Shown piece by piece: positions 1 to 10,916 of a stretch of 64,000 nucleotides of DNA (positions within the stretch are counted from its first letter, which is position 1; each line of letters opens with the position of its first letter). Under the pieces are notes generated by a model, which was not told where the DNA came from, did not search any database, and was given only the letters and a program-made list of their open reading frames with translations. This DNA comes from Zancudomyces culisetae HAW-14-8 (Eukaryota; Fungi; Kickxellomycota): assembly GCA_052426225.1 (NCBI GenBank), contig JBNJNM010000007.1, forward strand, positions 124,001 to 188,000, in the 5' to 3' direction. The translations under genes and the position numbers were made by a program.

Positions 1-2124
1 TAGAGCAGATGCAGAAACAACCAGTAGATATATTGACAGTTGGTAAGCTTCGTGAGAAAATGCAGATATGGCCGTACCCAAAGTGAAAAAGAGTGGCGCT
101 AGATGGCTCACATAAAAGTCTATGCAAAGTGGTGATAGATAAAGGTATAATGGCAACATATACTGATTGTAAATATGGGATAGGCCATATACGCATGAAG
201 AATACACAGCAAGAACGCCAAGGATAAAAAAGTCAATCAGGACTTTGAATTTTGACGCAAACATCTTGGCTGTATTTTTCAGTTCAACGACATAAGGTGG
301 TATGTGTCGGATGAGCAATTGTAAAAAAGGGGATATTGAGCCAAAACGAAGTTGAAGTTGTTCAAGAATGCGACCAAAAAAGTGTACAATACCCTCAAGT
401 TGAGCTGAGAATGATCGAATATAACCAAAGAATGCCATAAAGGCCCCGCTAACACCCAGTACACCTTCTTTAAGTGAAAAGTAAATATATATGCATGTAT
501 GTGCGATCGTTGGGGCTAGCTTTTCATTAAAGAAATAAAGTGTATTAGGCACATACTCATCAGTCAGTTTAGTAACCCCAGTCCTGGTGAGTTGGCGGAG
601 CCCTCGTGAAAACTCTAGAACCGCTTGAGATCTCCAAATCTCAAGCCCTGTAATGTATCGGTACGAAGTTTTGAACATTCCTCCTAATTGCATGCAGAAC
701 GCCACATATGCATTGTATGTGCTAACCACTATCATATAAAAATCAGATATAGCATCCACCAACTGTAACGTAAAAAACGACACGCCTTTTTTGCTTTTTG
801 CAATTGCTGATACAGCTAGAGGCTTCGCAGGAACCAGCATGTTGAAAAATACCCACTCGACTGACCAGACAACTTTTGGACCAAAATCCCGGTTCAACCA
901 CCCGATAGAAGCAAGTAAAAGCGAGTATACTCGGTACATTTGTGCTCCGCAAAACGGCATTGCGGTAGTGTATATCCATATTGCTAGTTGTTCGACCCCA
1001 TCCATTAGCACAACCTTTATATATTCATTCCATGCAAACGCTACAAGCGTCTTTAGATATCCAGCCCGATTCCACAGTAAAGCATACCCATCGGTTAGTA
1101 TTACAATAGATGATCTTGTCCATACCAAGAATCCATCAATCAATATAAAAATACATATCTGGAAAAGGTCCCATGATAGCTTTGCTGCCAAGTACACAAA
1201 CACTATTGGTAGTGCCGGTATTGCCCAAAGCATACTATATGTTGTAATATTTCTCTTCTTTACTTGGCTTTCTTTTCTCTGTTTTCGTCTATACTTTACT
1301 TTATTGCTTGTGGATTCCCCATAAGAGCGACCACCACCAACTCCATTACTTCTACCATATTTGCCATCCTTGTCTTTGTTTCCGTATTTGGTAAGGTAGT
1401 CCCGAACCCCATCCATGTTGTTTGCGTTTTGCTTTCCATATACTTTTAAAAACCTTTTATCTCTTTTTGTTTTTTCTAGAATATCATCACATAATCCATC
1501 CCCATGTACACCTCCACTCCCACTCCCACTCCCACTCCCACTCCCACTCCCACTTTCATTATCTTCAATGTCTAAATATTTAGACCTTTGTTTTCTTCTG
1601 GTTCGCAAATCGCTACTCGAGTCAAGACTATCTGATTTTCTGATTCTTGAAATATCTAAAATACTTATGTCACTACCATCGCCATCATCGCTATCCTCAA
1701 TAAACAAATCTTGGTTTGTGTCCTCCTTTGTGTAGGATCGGGAGTCGTTTTTATCTTTTTCTTTTTTTTCAAGAGAATTTAAATTTTTGTCTAATTTTGA
1801 AGAACAAGACTGGCTGCCTCCACCTTGGTTGCTATCGTCGTCGCCGCCGTTGTTATCATTTTCGCCGTTTTCGTTGTTGCTTTCATTACCAAGCTTTTCA
1901 AAATTCACCCCAAACCCGACAATATTCACCATTGAACTGTGGCGAGATAGCGTTTTGATCCAGCTATCGTCGAATGCTTCTTTGATCCTCCGTTTTGAAC
2001 GAAGATTAAATCTTGTTTTCCAATCCGACGTATATTTTGTTGATGCCAATAAGAAAAATATTATGAACACACATATCCCTACGAGCGCAAAGTCGTCCCT
2101 ATCGAAATCCACTATTCTTTCCAT
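1..2124 (-). CDS. Uncharacterised membrane-associated protein, 3'-truncated by the window edge (>=708 codons)
   Basis: Manual translation from ATG at 2124 (MERIVDFDRDDFALVGICVFIIFFLLAST...) stays open to position 1. It has an N-terminal hydrophobic segment, an acidic/Gly-Ser low-complexity region, then a long hydrophobic/aromatic helical region. It is absent from the ORF track because no stop lies in the window. Confidence 0.8.
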   Translation of the reverse strand, partial: MERIVDFDRDDFALVGICVFIIFFLLASTKYTSDWKTRFNLRSKRRIKEAFDDSWIKTLSRHSSMVNIVGFGVNFEKLGNESNNENGENDNNGGDDDSNQGGGSQSCSSKLDKNLNSLEKKEKDKNDSRSYTKEDTNQDLFIEDSDDGDGSDISILDISRIRKSDSLDSSSDLRTRRKQRSKYLDIEDNESGSGSGSGSGSGSGGVHGDGLCDDILEKTKRDKRFLKVYGKQNANNMDGVRDYLTKYGNKDKDGKYGRSNGVGGGRSYGESTSNKVKYRRKQRKESQVKKRNITTYSMLWAIPALPIVFVYLAAKLSWDLFQICIFILIDGFLVWTRSSIVILTDGYALLWNRAGYLKTLVAFAWNEYIKVVLMDGVEQLAIWIYTTAMPFCGAQMYRVYSLLLASIGWLNRDFGPKVVWSVEWVFFNMLVPAKPLAVSAIAKSKKGVSFFTLQLVDAISDFYMIVVSTYNAYVAFCMQLGGMFKTSYRYITGLEIWRSQAVLEFSRGLRQLTRTGVTKLTDEYVPNTLYFFNEKLAPTIAHTCIYIYFSLKEGVLGVSGAFMAFFGYIRSFSAQLEGIVHFFGRILEQLQLRFGSISPFLQLLIRHIPPYVVELKNTAKMFASKFKVLIDFFILGVLAVYSSCVYGLSHIYNQYMLPLYLYLSPLCIDFYVSHLAPLFFTLGTAISAFSHEAYQLSIYLLVVSASAL

Positions 2125-3713
2125 TTTCTTGACTCCCTCAACCCTTTTTGTATTTTGTATTCTCTATATATATACTTTTACCCCTATAATCTTATTAAAG
2201 AAGGAAGGATTATATGACTAAGAAAAAAAATCATACTAGGACACCTTTTGTGAAGAATGCAACCTTTAGTATTTGAAGTAATACAGTCTTATTAAATTTG
2301 GCTGCTATATATCATCAAGAGATCTACAATAGATAGGAGTATTCACTAATTGCCGCTTTTTCTGGGTTACTTTCCTCTGTATTTCACTTTAAGTTTGTTA
2401 TTTTCAAGTTTTCCCCCTGTTTTTGTCACTACTGGCTTATCGCAATTTGTACTTATAAATTATCGTGCCACTATACCAAAACTGCTTTACTCTTGATGAA
2501 CATTTGTTTTTGTTTATACCATCCAAACTTTCTTTGATGGAGCTGTTGATTTTTAGGACTTAATTCTCGGAATTAGATTTTTATTGCGACCTAATACCGG
2601 AATATACTAGTAAGAACTGAGGTAGTTGCTTTATTTATGCCGACAACCTTCCAAATTGATCGTATAAATTCCTGTTTTTATCCTTCTTTTTCAGTTTGTC
2701 TGTTCAACTGATTATATGTTTATTTTTTACCAAAAAAATATGCTCTGAAATATCATGTTTCTATATATACATTTTCCAACTGGTGAATTGGTTTTTTTCA
2801 CCATTTCTCTTTGCCCATCGGCAATTTTTTTTTCTACCAACTGCGAATCATGTAGAGGATAAATGCATGTGATTAAATCCTCCCAGGAATTGTGTTGGTA
2901 AATGACAATAAAAAAAGCGAGCCCACCATTTCCCTGGTTTTTCGGTAAAAATGGATAGTTGGAGAGCATCTTTCCAATGAGGTCGAAAAGCATAACTGTA
3001 TTACGGGCGACATCGCACTGCTTTGTATGCAAGTCGCTCAGCTCTGGTTTACCTATTGCCGCCATTGTTTAATCTCCACTTGTTTAGCAATCCCCACCCC
3101 CCCAAAAAAAAAGCATTGCCAAGAAAAAATTGCAACATGTCCACATGCTACGAATTGAATATTTGATTCCTTTTCTGTCCTTGCATCCTGCACCTGCCGC
3201 CTGCACTCCGCTTTGTTTGGCAGGTGGTATGTTGTTTTTTATATATTCAACTACAAAACCTCACCCATCAATTGAATCCATACCCTCCTTTCCTCCCAAA
3301 CATCTTTGCTATGCATCAATCTTGTTATCTCGATTTGCAACTGTCTCAAGGAAATTAGCTAGCCAACTAAAATAAATGGTTATGCTGATTTCTGCTGCAA
3401 TATTTACTCTCCATAAAAAGCGCATAAACAAAGCAGAATCACAAAAAAAAAGAGGGTTTGGTGGGAAATAATCCAACAACATTGAAGAGAGAGAGGCTGG
3501 CATGGTGGTGATTCAAATTTGTCCACCACTAGCAGGGACCAAACACCACAAAGAACAAACAGAGCAAAAAAAATAGATTATTATTGTACTTACACGCAAC
3601 AGCTAATAAAGAGTTAATGTAACAAAATGAAATGGAATTTATTTACCATCCATAAGAAACAAAAAAAAACACAAATTTTGACCAAGAAATCAAAATAATA
3701 CTATTCAATCATC

Positions 3714-4813
3714 TTAGATCTTTTGGAAGGAAACAATATCAACAGATTGGACATAGTCCTCAAAATCGACAATCTTCTCCTCAAGAATATCAGTGGAAAC
3801 CAAATCATCTACAACGGTACAGGTGATAGTAAGCTTCATGACTCCGTATGCAACAGGTTGGAGCTTTGAGGTTCCCCAAAGGAGACCGTCCATGTTGATG
3901 GAGCGGACACATTTTTCCAACTCAACCATATCGGTTTCGGAATCCCATGGCTTGATGTCATACACAATGGTGGACTTGGCAGCTGGTCCTGGACCCTTGG
4001 CGGCCTTTCTTTCACGGTATGCTGCCAATCTCTCGGCCTTGATTCTTTCGGCCTCTTCATCTTCTTCTTCATCTGAGCCAAAGAGGTCAATATCCTCGTC
4101 TTCCTCCTCCTCTTGTGCTGCTGGAGCAGCTTCCAATGCGGCTGAGCCAGCTTGGCTCTTTACGTGGGAGTACCAGCGGGCCAAGTGTGGGTATGTGCTA
4201 GCATTTGGTGCTGATGGCAAAGCAGCGAAGATATCTGAGTCAGCCTTGGACAAATCAGCTCTATTTAATATTCATACGAATGTTGAAGTTAGTAAATATT
4301 GTTCAGAATAAAAACTCTTTTAGTCTGAGGATTGAGAATGAATAAATAATATTCAATGTAATCGAGTATATTAATCAGATGGTTTGAAAAATAGTTGTGT
4401 ATTCATCTAGCGGGGTCTTAAGCCGGCTCATAAACACGGACCAAACAGTGTTTCATCAGTTATACTCTGTATCACATTCTTCATTCTTTCACATTGTTGC
4501 ATCAACTTACTTCTCTTTGATTTCAAAACCAACTCAGCCAGAAAAAACAGAGTTTAGTGCCATTTCTAGCCCCCCGAATGAAGTCCTAAAAGAAGACTTT
4601 AAACTCTATCAAATCCGCCAGTCCATTAACTTCATATCCGCCAAGTCATAAACAAAACGAACAAAAAAGAAGCGCAGAAAAAAAGACAGCAACAACACAA
4701 CAATGCTACACATAACAACACAAATATACAACTTACCCTTGGATGAATGATTCGTTTTCAAGGTAGCCGTTGAGGATGGTTTCCAAAAGCTTGCTTGGGA
4801 CTGTTACAGACAT
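3714..4813 (-). CDS. EFB1: Translation elongation factor 1-beta (eEF1B alpha); exons 4813-4737 and 4260-3714
   Basis: Motifs [38 protein letters not shown] and [18 protein letters not shown] donor at 4736 and TAG acceptor at 4261 join in frame ([33 protein letters not shown]). Confidence 0.97.
4371..4461 (-). ncRNA. snR18: Intronic box C/D snoRNA U18/snR18 (2'-O-methylation guide for LSU rRNA)
   Basis: On the minus strand: box C UGAUGA (4458-4453); guide UUGGUCCGUGUUU (4444-4432), complementary to the conserved LSU rRNA sequence AAACACGGACCAA; D' AUGA (4431-4428); C'-like AGAUGA (4408-4403); box D CUGA (4378-4375); flanking 7-bp stem GAGTATA/TATACTC (4364-4370 / 4461-4467). Yeast snR18 is likewise hosted in the EFB1 intron. 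Confidence 0.9.
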
Positions 4814-6682
4814 GTTTCCTTTATATATATACTATTTGTAGTTTTGGTATTACTAGCGTAGACCTCGACTATCTAAAATATAAAATGCCAAAAGAAAGTG
4901 GTTTTATTTATACCCCCTCTACTTTATTCTCAGAACGTTTTTTTTTTGCTCGAGAAAAAATTTTTTTTTATTCCACATCATTCCATCCTTCTCGTTAATT
5001 TTGCTTTATTTTCCTAAATAATTTTTTTTTTGATTTACTCTTTATTTGCAATTAACAAGTTCTGATGCTCCGATACGACAAGGTCTTTTTTTTTTTGTAT
5101 CTTTCTCAAAAAAAAATTTTTTTTATTGTTAGTGAGATTTTGTATGGTTCAAGAAATGCAAAGCTTATGCTGCAAAGGAAAATAAAAGCATAACCGAATA
5201 GGCGAACACAGCAACAAACCATTACATAATTTTATATAGAACAATCAGCAAATGCTCTAATCTTTATGATTAAAACCTAAATTCACAGCTCCTACACCCC
5301 TCCCCACTAGTTTCGTTCTATCATTCTGTCACCTTTTCCCTTCCTCCTCCCCTTGTCCTCCCCCAGCTTTACACGTTTCCATGTTTGGGCTACATGATTT
5401 GCAATGTATATCCCAGAGCAATTTGATTTGAGCCTGAATTGCCGCTTAAAAAAATTCCCGACATTTATTCTTCAATATTTTTCGTATTTCGAGGAATATT
5501 CAGAAAGGCGGAGGGTGATCAAGGTCCATTTTTTGAATTGTTTTTAATACAGTTACAGTATAGTGGCAAATATTTGCAGGCAATACGAAATTAAGTCCAA
5601 TCCCGTACAGAAATTTTTATCCAATATTTTCCAGCTTTGGTTTAATTGTGTCCAATTACTATGCTCCAAATCACACACAGCAGACTTGTCCATCTTATTT
5701 TGCAGATAGCTCAGGCAACTTGCAGAATCTCCGAAATTTACTTTACAATGATGTGTGGTTGAAAAAGTCCCGTAAATAGATTTCTTAAAGGCCAAAACTT
5801 TGGTAGAAAAAAAACATAAAACGTCAGAAAAGGAAAATGCAGAAATGTTTGCGGTAGCATGTATAGCAGCATTATTGGTTTACTCTCATCTGGATGCTTA
5901 AAACTAAGCGATGTACCATTTTCAAGGATACTCCAACCTGCAAGTATAAAAAAGAATCAATCAATCAATCAATCAATAAATGAAAGGGTGGAGAGAGTAG
6001 GAAGAGTAGAGTAGAGTAGAGTAGAGTTGATCAGATAATACCAACCTTCATATCTGAAAAAAGCGTGCTCATAATATAGTGTGTGGGCTTTCTATTTACT
6101 CGATGCTGTTTACAAAAGCTCACATTCAGCACCCACTACTGGATGTGGATATCTCACACAGAATAAAATGACTGGAACATCTTGCCAGGGGGTTGGTTTT
6201 GCATCCTAACTTTGTATTACTGTTTTTTTTTAAAACCCTTTATTTGCAACATATAGCTAATATTGTAGCTATCCTGTGTATAATTGAAGTGGCGATTCTT
6301 CTACCTTTCAGGGTGTACCTGTCTACGTTCAAATTTTTCCTACCCTATTCTTATCTCGAATCTCTTTATTCCAGTTTTATGATTTGTGAATTGAATAGAA
6401 GGCTTGAAAATTGAAATTTTAGGCTACTATGCACACTGAGGCAAACAGTGTGATTTGTCAGAATCTCCAGCAAATAGCAGTTTTACATTTAATATTTCAT
6501 TTTCCGATTTTTTGAATTTGCAAAGCTAGCAAGATATTTTTACTTAATTTGATATATTTACATGAGTAGATTAAATAACTCTGTATAAATCAAAGTAAAC
6601 AAGCATTCTATTCTACCTTTGTAACACAATCATTTTTTAAAAGGAAACAAACTTTATCACTGGGAGATTAGAGGTAAAAGAC

Positions 6683-7715
6683 ATGGATTTTGGTGTAGCA
6701 ATTCTAATTTTCATCACGGAGCTAGTATCATTTACACTAGGAAACATTGGATACAACACAATCTCGAAATATGTAAGTGTATTTGTACATACCTTTTAAT
6801 TCAATATCAATTTGTACTTTCCACTATTCTTGGAGGTTATATTATTATTTTTAATCGTATCTTGGCGAGTACTATATTCAAAAACTTACATTCAAGTTTT
6901 ATGATAGATATTTCGGATCTGGTGCAAGATTACGCGTGATTCGACGGTCGAAGGGAAAATACATACCAAGAATGAAATTATTAGAATGAAGAGGGAACTT
7001 GCCGCCATAAGCTCTGTGGTAAATCTTTCCGTTTCTATTTTTTCTCTATTTTGTTTCGTAAATGTTGTAATTGGGATAGTAAGGTAAAGAGAACTCAATT
7101 TTAAGCTAAAATGGATTGTCGTTTACTTTATTACAGGACGAATTTTCAAGATGGGCTAAACTTAGAAGAAAGATCGATGCCACCACAAAAAGCTACGATA
7201 GCATGAGTAAGTTTGGTCCTGTGCCACTGTTTTTGTATTCATTATAATACCCTCAGCGTGAATGCATTCTCGCAATCTTGTCTCTCATTTCTTCACGCTA
7301 TCCTACGTGATTATAGTGGTAGACCATTTCTCAATTTAGAGAGGGGTTTCAAAAAGTTTTTTTTAGTAAATGATATATAAATTGATAAATAGGCAGCGAG
7401 CTAGCACTCAAGCGCACAGCATTTCTAATAAAGTCGAATATAGCTTTGCGAGCAATTATATACGCAGCCAAGATAGTAACATATTACTATTACTACAGAA
7501 CTGCGGTATTCTACATTCCAAATATATGGTGGGTGATGTACCCAGTCGGATGGGCTCTAGCGTACCCAGGAGCACCCAAAGGTGCCGTCAGTGTGGTGAT
7601 GTGGGCGTTTGTATGTAATAGAGTCTTTAAGAGGATCTTTGACGGGTTTAATAGGGTATTTCCATCTGTAATACCTCCTACACCTACTTCTGCTGTAGCC
7701 AATATGGAGATATAG
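6683..7715 (+). CDS. GET1: Guided entry of tail-anchored proteins factor 1 (Get1/WRB); exons 6683-6772, 6908-7018, 7137-7206, 7393-7715
   Basis: The spliced product contains KRELAAISSVDEFSRWAKLRRKID and the C-terminal PVGWALAYPGAPKGAVSVVMW, both typical of Get1/CHD5. All introns are GT-AG and in phase. Confidence 0.9.
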
Positions 7716-8989
7716 ACGCTAGGACTTTTACAATACAAGCCAATACCCATTAATTTTAGAGGCAATTTAATGCAGAAAAATGGTATGAATGTTTGTAAGG
7801 ATGTACAAAGGGTGAAGAGCTTTTGATTTTATTGACTGTTTGTTCTTTTTGGATTTCCTTTTTTTGACGTAGTATAGTTGGCATCACATATTTTTTTTTG
7901 TTGTTACTTTGCAATAGGCATTACTGTTTAACCTTGTAAGTGTTTAAAACACCTTTAATATTTGCAAATATATCTGTTTATATGTTGATGAAAATGGTTC
8001 ATAGCAGAGAAGGGATATAGGTATAAGGCGATGGTGCTAATGAACTTGGATATGTGGCTATGATGTCGTTTTTTGTTTTAATGCGAATCCTTCCTCATTT
8101 TTAGGTTTTAGAATCTGGTTGTATACATACATGTACACACGAGTTACCACTAAAAAAAGAGGAAAATTAAATAAATTATAAACAAACAGTAACATTTAAA
8201 ACTGAAACGTACTCCAGAGAAATTGAGAAAGATTTACCAAGTATGCTATAGGCCAACAGATTAAGAAGAAAAAAGGACGATACAGATTCGTTCTTACAAA
8301 CAACTGAACTGGTTTATTACATGGAAGCCACTTGAATTATAAATACTCGAATAAATATATGAAACACCATTAATCCTTTCGGTTTATCTAGTACTTATTT
8401 TTTTATATTCCATGTTGATTAACACGTTTTTTTAAATTCTGGTTCATTTCAATTAGGTTTGAAAAAATATCGAATTTGAGTGTAAGTAACTGCTCGATTC
8501 TTACTTTTCCATCTCAGCTTTGCAGAAAAAAGAGAGGTTCTTGGCGAGAAGCAAGGAGCGTGCGCAAATATTCACATATTTACGAGTATTTTATTATTTA
8601 AGAGGGATTTTACTATTTAAGAGAGGTTTTATCTTCCTGGTAAAGGAGTACAACTAATGTTATTATATACTAAAACAAAGGAGCAAGTAGAAAAGATTTG
8701 ATGGAACAATTTCAACAGAGTCTGATTTATATAAACTTTTTTTTAACTCGATATAGTTTTGTGAACTTTGATGAGTTTTAAATGTATAAAAAAGGTGTTG
8801 GATTATTGTTTGGTATCGATAAAAGTGGTAATAGAAGTATTCAAAGAAACTAGAACAAGAATAAAAAAGAGATCGCTCAAACTAAAAATCAACAATAATT
8901 ATAACTTGAACACAAAAACATACTCTAGAAGCAGCAAAAAAAACAGAAGAAGCGCTGACCAAAGACAAGAACAAGGACACTATATAACA

Positions 8990-10915
8990 ATGCACGGGGT
9001 ATATAAGGATATTGAAAGCTATTTGATTCCAGGAGGGAGATTTTATGACCGTTATTTCGACTGTCCATTGGGTATGTAGCTAGAATAGATATAATTTTCA
9101 ATTGGCACGGGTAATGTAAATTATGATATAAATTCAATGTTTGTAGACTATGACAAGCCAGAGGGAGAAACGATAAAGGTGTTTGTTAGGCAGGTTGTTC
9201 CCGAAGATTCAAGAGATATTAGCAAGTTGCCGATAGCATTGTACTTGCAGGTAAAACATTGCGTGTATTTATATTTTATGATATACGCCAATAACAAAGT
9301 GAATGTACCAACCAGATAACTAAACAATAAACACAGGGAGGACCAGGATTTCAAAGTGGATATCCCACAAACGTAACTTCTGGTTGGCAAGGGGTACTAT
9401 TAAGTCAGGGATACCAGATATTACTTTTGGATCAACGCGGAACTGGATTATCAACGGCAATAAATGCACAAAGCAAAGGGTTTTTCAAGAAAAACGGGAG
9501 TGCAAAGGAAGGTGGGAACGACGGTGAAGTGCCACAGGATATGGAACAGCAAATTGACTACATTAAAAACTTTCGAGCAGATAGTATAGTCAAGGATTGT
9601 GAATGGATTAGAAAGATAATTACGAAAGAGTGTGGTGATGATAATGCTAATGCTAATGCTAATGAGGATAGCATGAAAAGCAGGAAATACACGCTAGTGG
9701 GGCAGAGCTTTGGGGGATTCGTTATTACCACGTACCTTTCACTTCACCCAGAAGGAGTAGAGAAATGTATAATTACCGGAGGGATACCACCACTTTTAAC
9801 TAACAACGATCCGACTCAAGTATATGAAAGCTTGATTAAAAAAGTGATAGCACGAAACATTCAATATTATTCAATTTATAAGCGAGATATCGGACGAGTA
9901 AAGAGAATAGTAGAGTACTTAAATAATAATAACGAGGTACTACCAGGTGGTGGGAAACTAACAGCACGAAGATTTCAGCAGATTGGGATAGAGTTCGGGA
10001 TAAGTGGTGGATTTGCGCATGTACACCGACTAATACTGAATATTACAAATGATTTAGACACATGTGGGCGAATTACTTTTAAATCGAAGCAGGAAATCGA
10101 AAGTTTCCATAGTTTTGATACCAATGTGATATATGCGATATTGCACGAAGCAATTTACTGTAACGGAAACGGTGTTAGCAGCAATTGGGCATGTCAGCGG
10201 GCAATTGAATCGAATGTGAATTATAAGAGCTGGTTTGATAACCAGATTGGATATCTATCTAAGATTGAGGTTGAGTCTGATACCCAAGTTGAGGTTGGAA
10301 CCGGAGCCGCAGCTGGTGGTGGTGGTGTTTGTGATGAGGACAGGCGAATAGTGCTATTTTACGGTGAAATGATTTTTGATTGGATGTTTGAAGATTATGC
10401 AGAACTCAAAAAATTCAAACAGCTAGCTGACGCATTGGCAGAATATAAGGGGTGGACGAAACTATATGATGTTGAGCAGTTGAGAAAAAATAGAGTTCCA
10501 GTGGTTGCATCCTGTTATTATGATGATCCGTAAGTCGTGTATTATTTTGGTTTAGTTTGTTTAAAAGAAAAATGAATGTGTTTGTAGAGTAACTAATAAC
10601 AGAGTAACTGAATTAATGAAAATAGATATGTGGATTTGGAGTTGAGTATGGAAACTTCAAAGTTAATAAACAAGTGCAAAGTATGGATTACGAACGAGTA
10701 TTTGCACAAGTAAGCATTCAAATAGATAGTTATTGCGTATAAAGAAGATATCAATGGAAAAAAATGGAATGAAACTTGACGGAAAAAAAAAAGAAAAAAA
10801 ATATAAGTCAAATAAATAATAAAATGAATAAATAAATAAATAATTTAGTGGATTGGCTGCAGATAGCCGGGTAATAGCCAGACTATTGGGAATGTTCAAG
10901 ACTCAAGAAATATGA
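8990..10915 (+). CDS. Proline iminopeptidase (alpha/beta hydrolase, S33 family); exons approx. 8990-9071, 9147-9250, 9337-10529, 10626-10709, 10849-10915
   Basis: LYLQGGPG oxyanion motif across a splice junction, LLDQRGTG, FRADSIV, nucleophile GQSFGG, YYDDPYVD acid and ITNEYLHNG catalytic His. The start could lie further upstream in the same frame (8771). Confidence 0.9.
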
Positions 10916-10916
10916 A

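Noticed and set aside
2300-3503. Possible multi-exon gene on the minus strand, including ORFs 2727-3065 and 3309-3503
   Set aside because: Exons can be strung together with plausible splice sites, but I recognise no homology and the model is not unique. RNA-seq is needed.
3560-3713. SECIS element in the EF1B 3' UTR that would recode the cassette-exon TGA
   Set aside because: No convincing AUGA/AA/GA kink-turn stem-loop is visible by eye.
4432-4444. 13-nt match to LSU rRNA suggesting an rDNA fragment
   Set aside because: It is the antisense guide of the intronic U18 snoRNA on the minus strand.
5818-5846. AAAACGTCAGAAAA...AAATGCAGAAAT similar to about 28708-28731
   Set aside because: Short, A-rich and without TIR or TSD. 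Not enough to call a dispersed repeat.
5350-6420. Possible small-exon gene on the minus strand around ORF 5553-5795
   Set aside because: No recognisable motif and no consistent exon chain.
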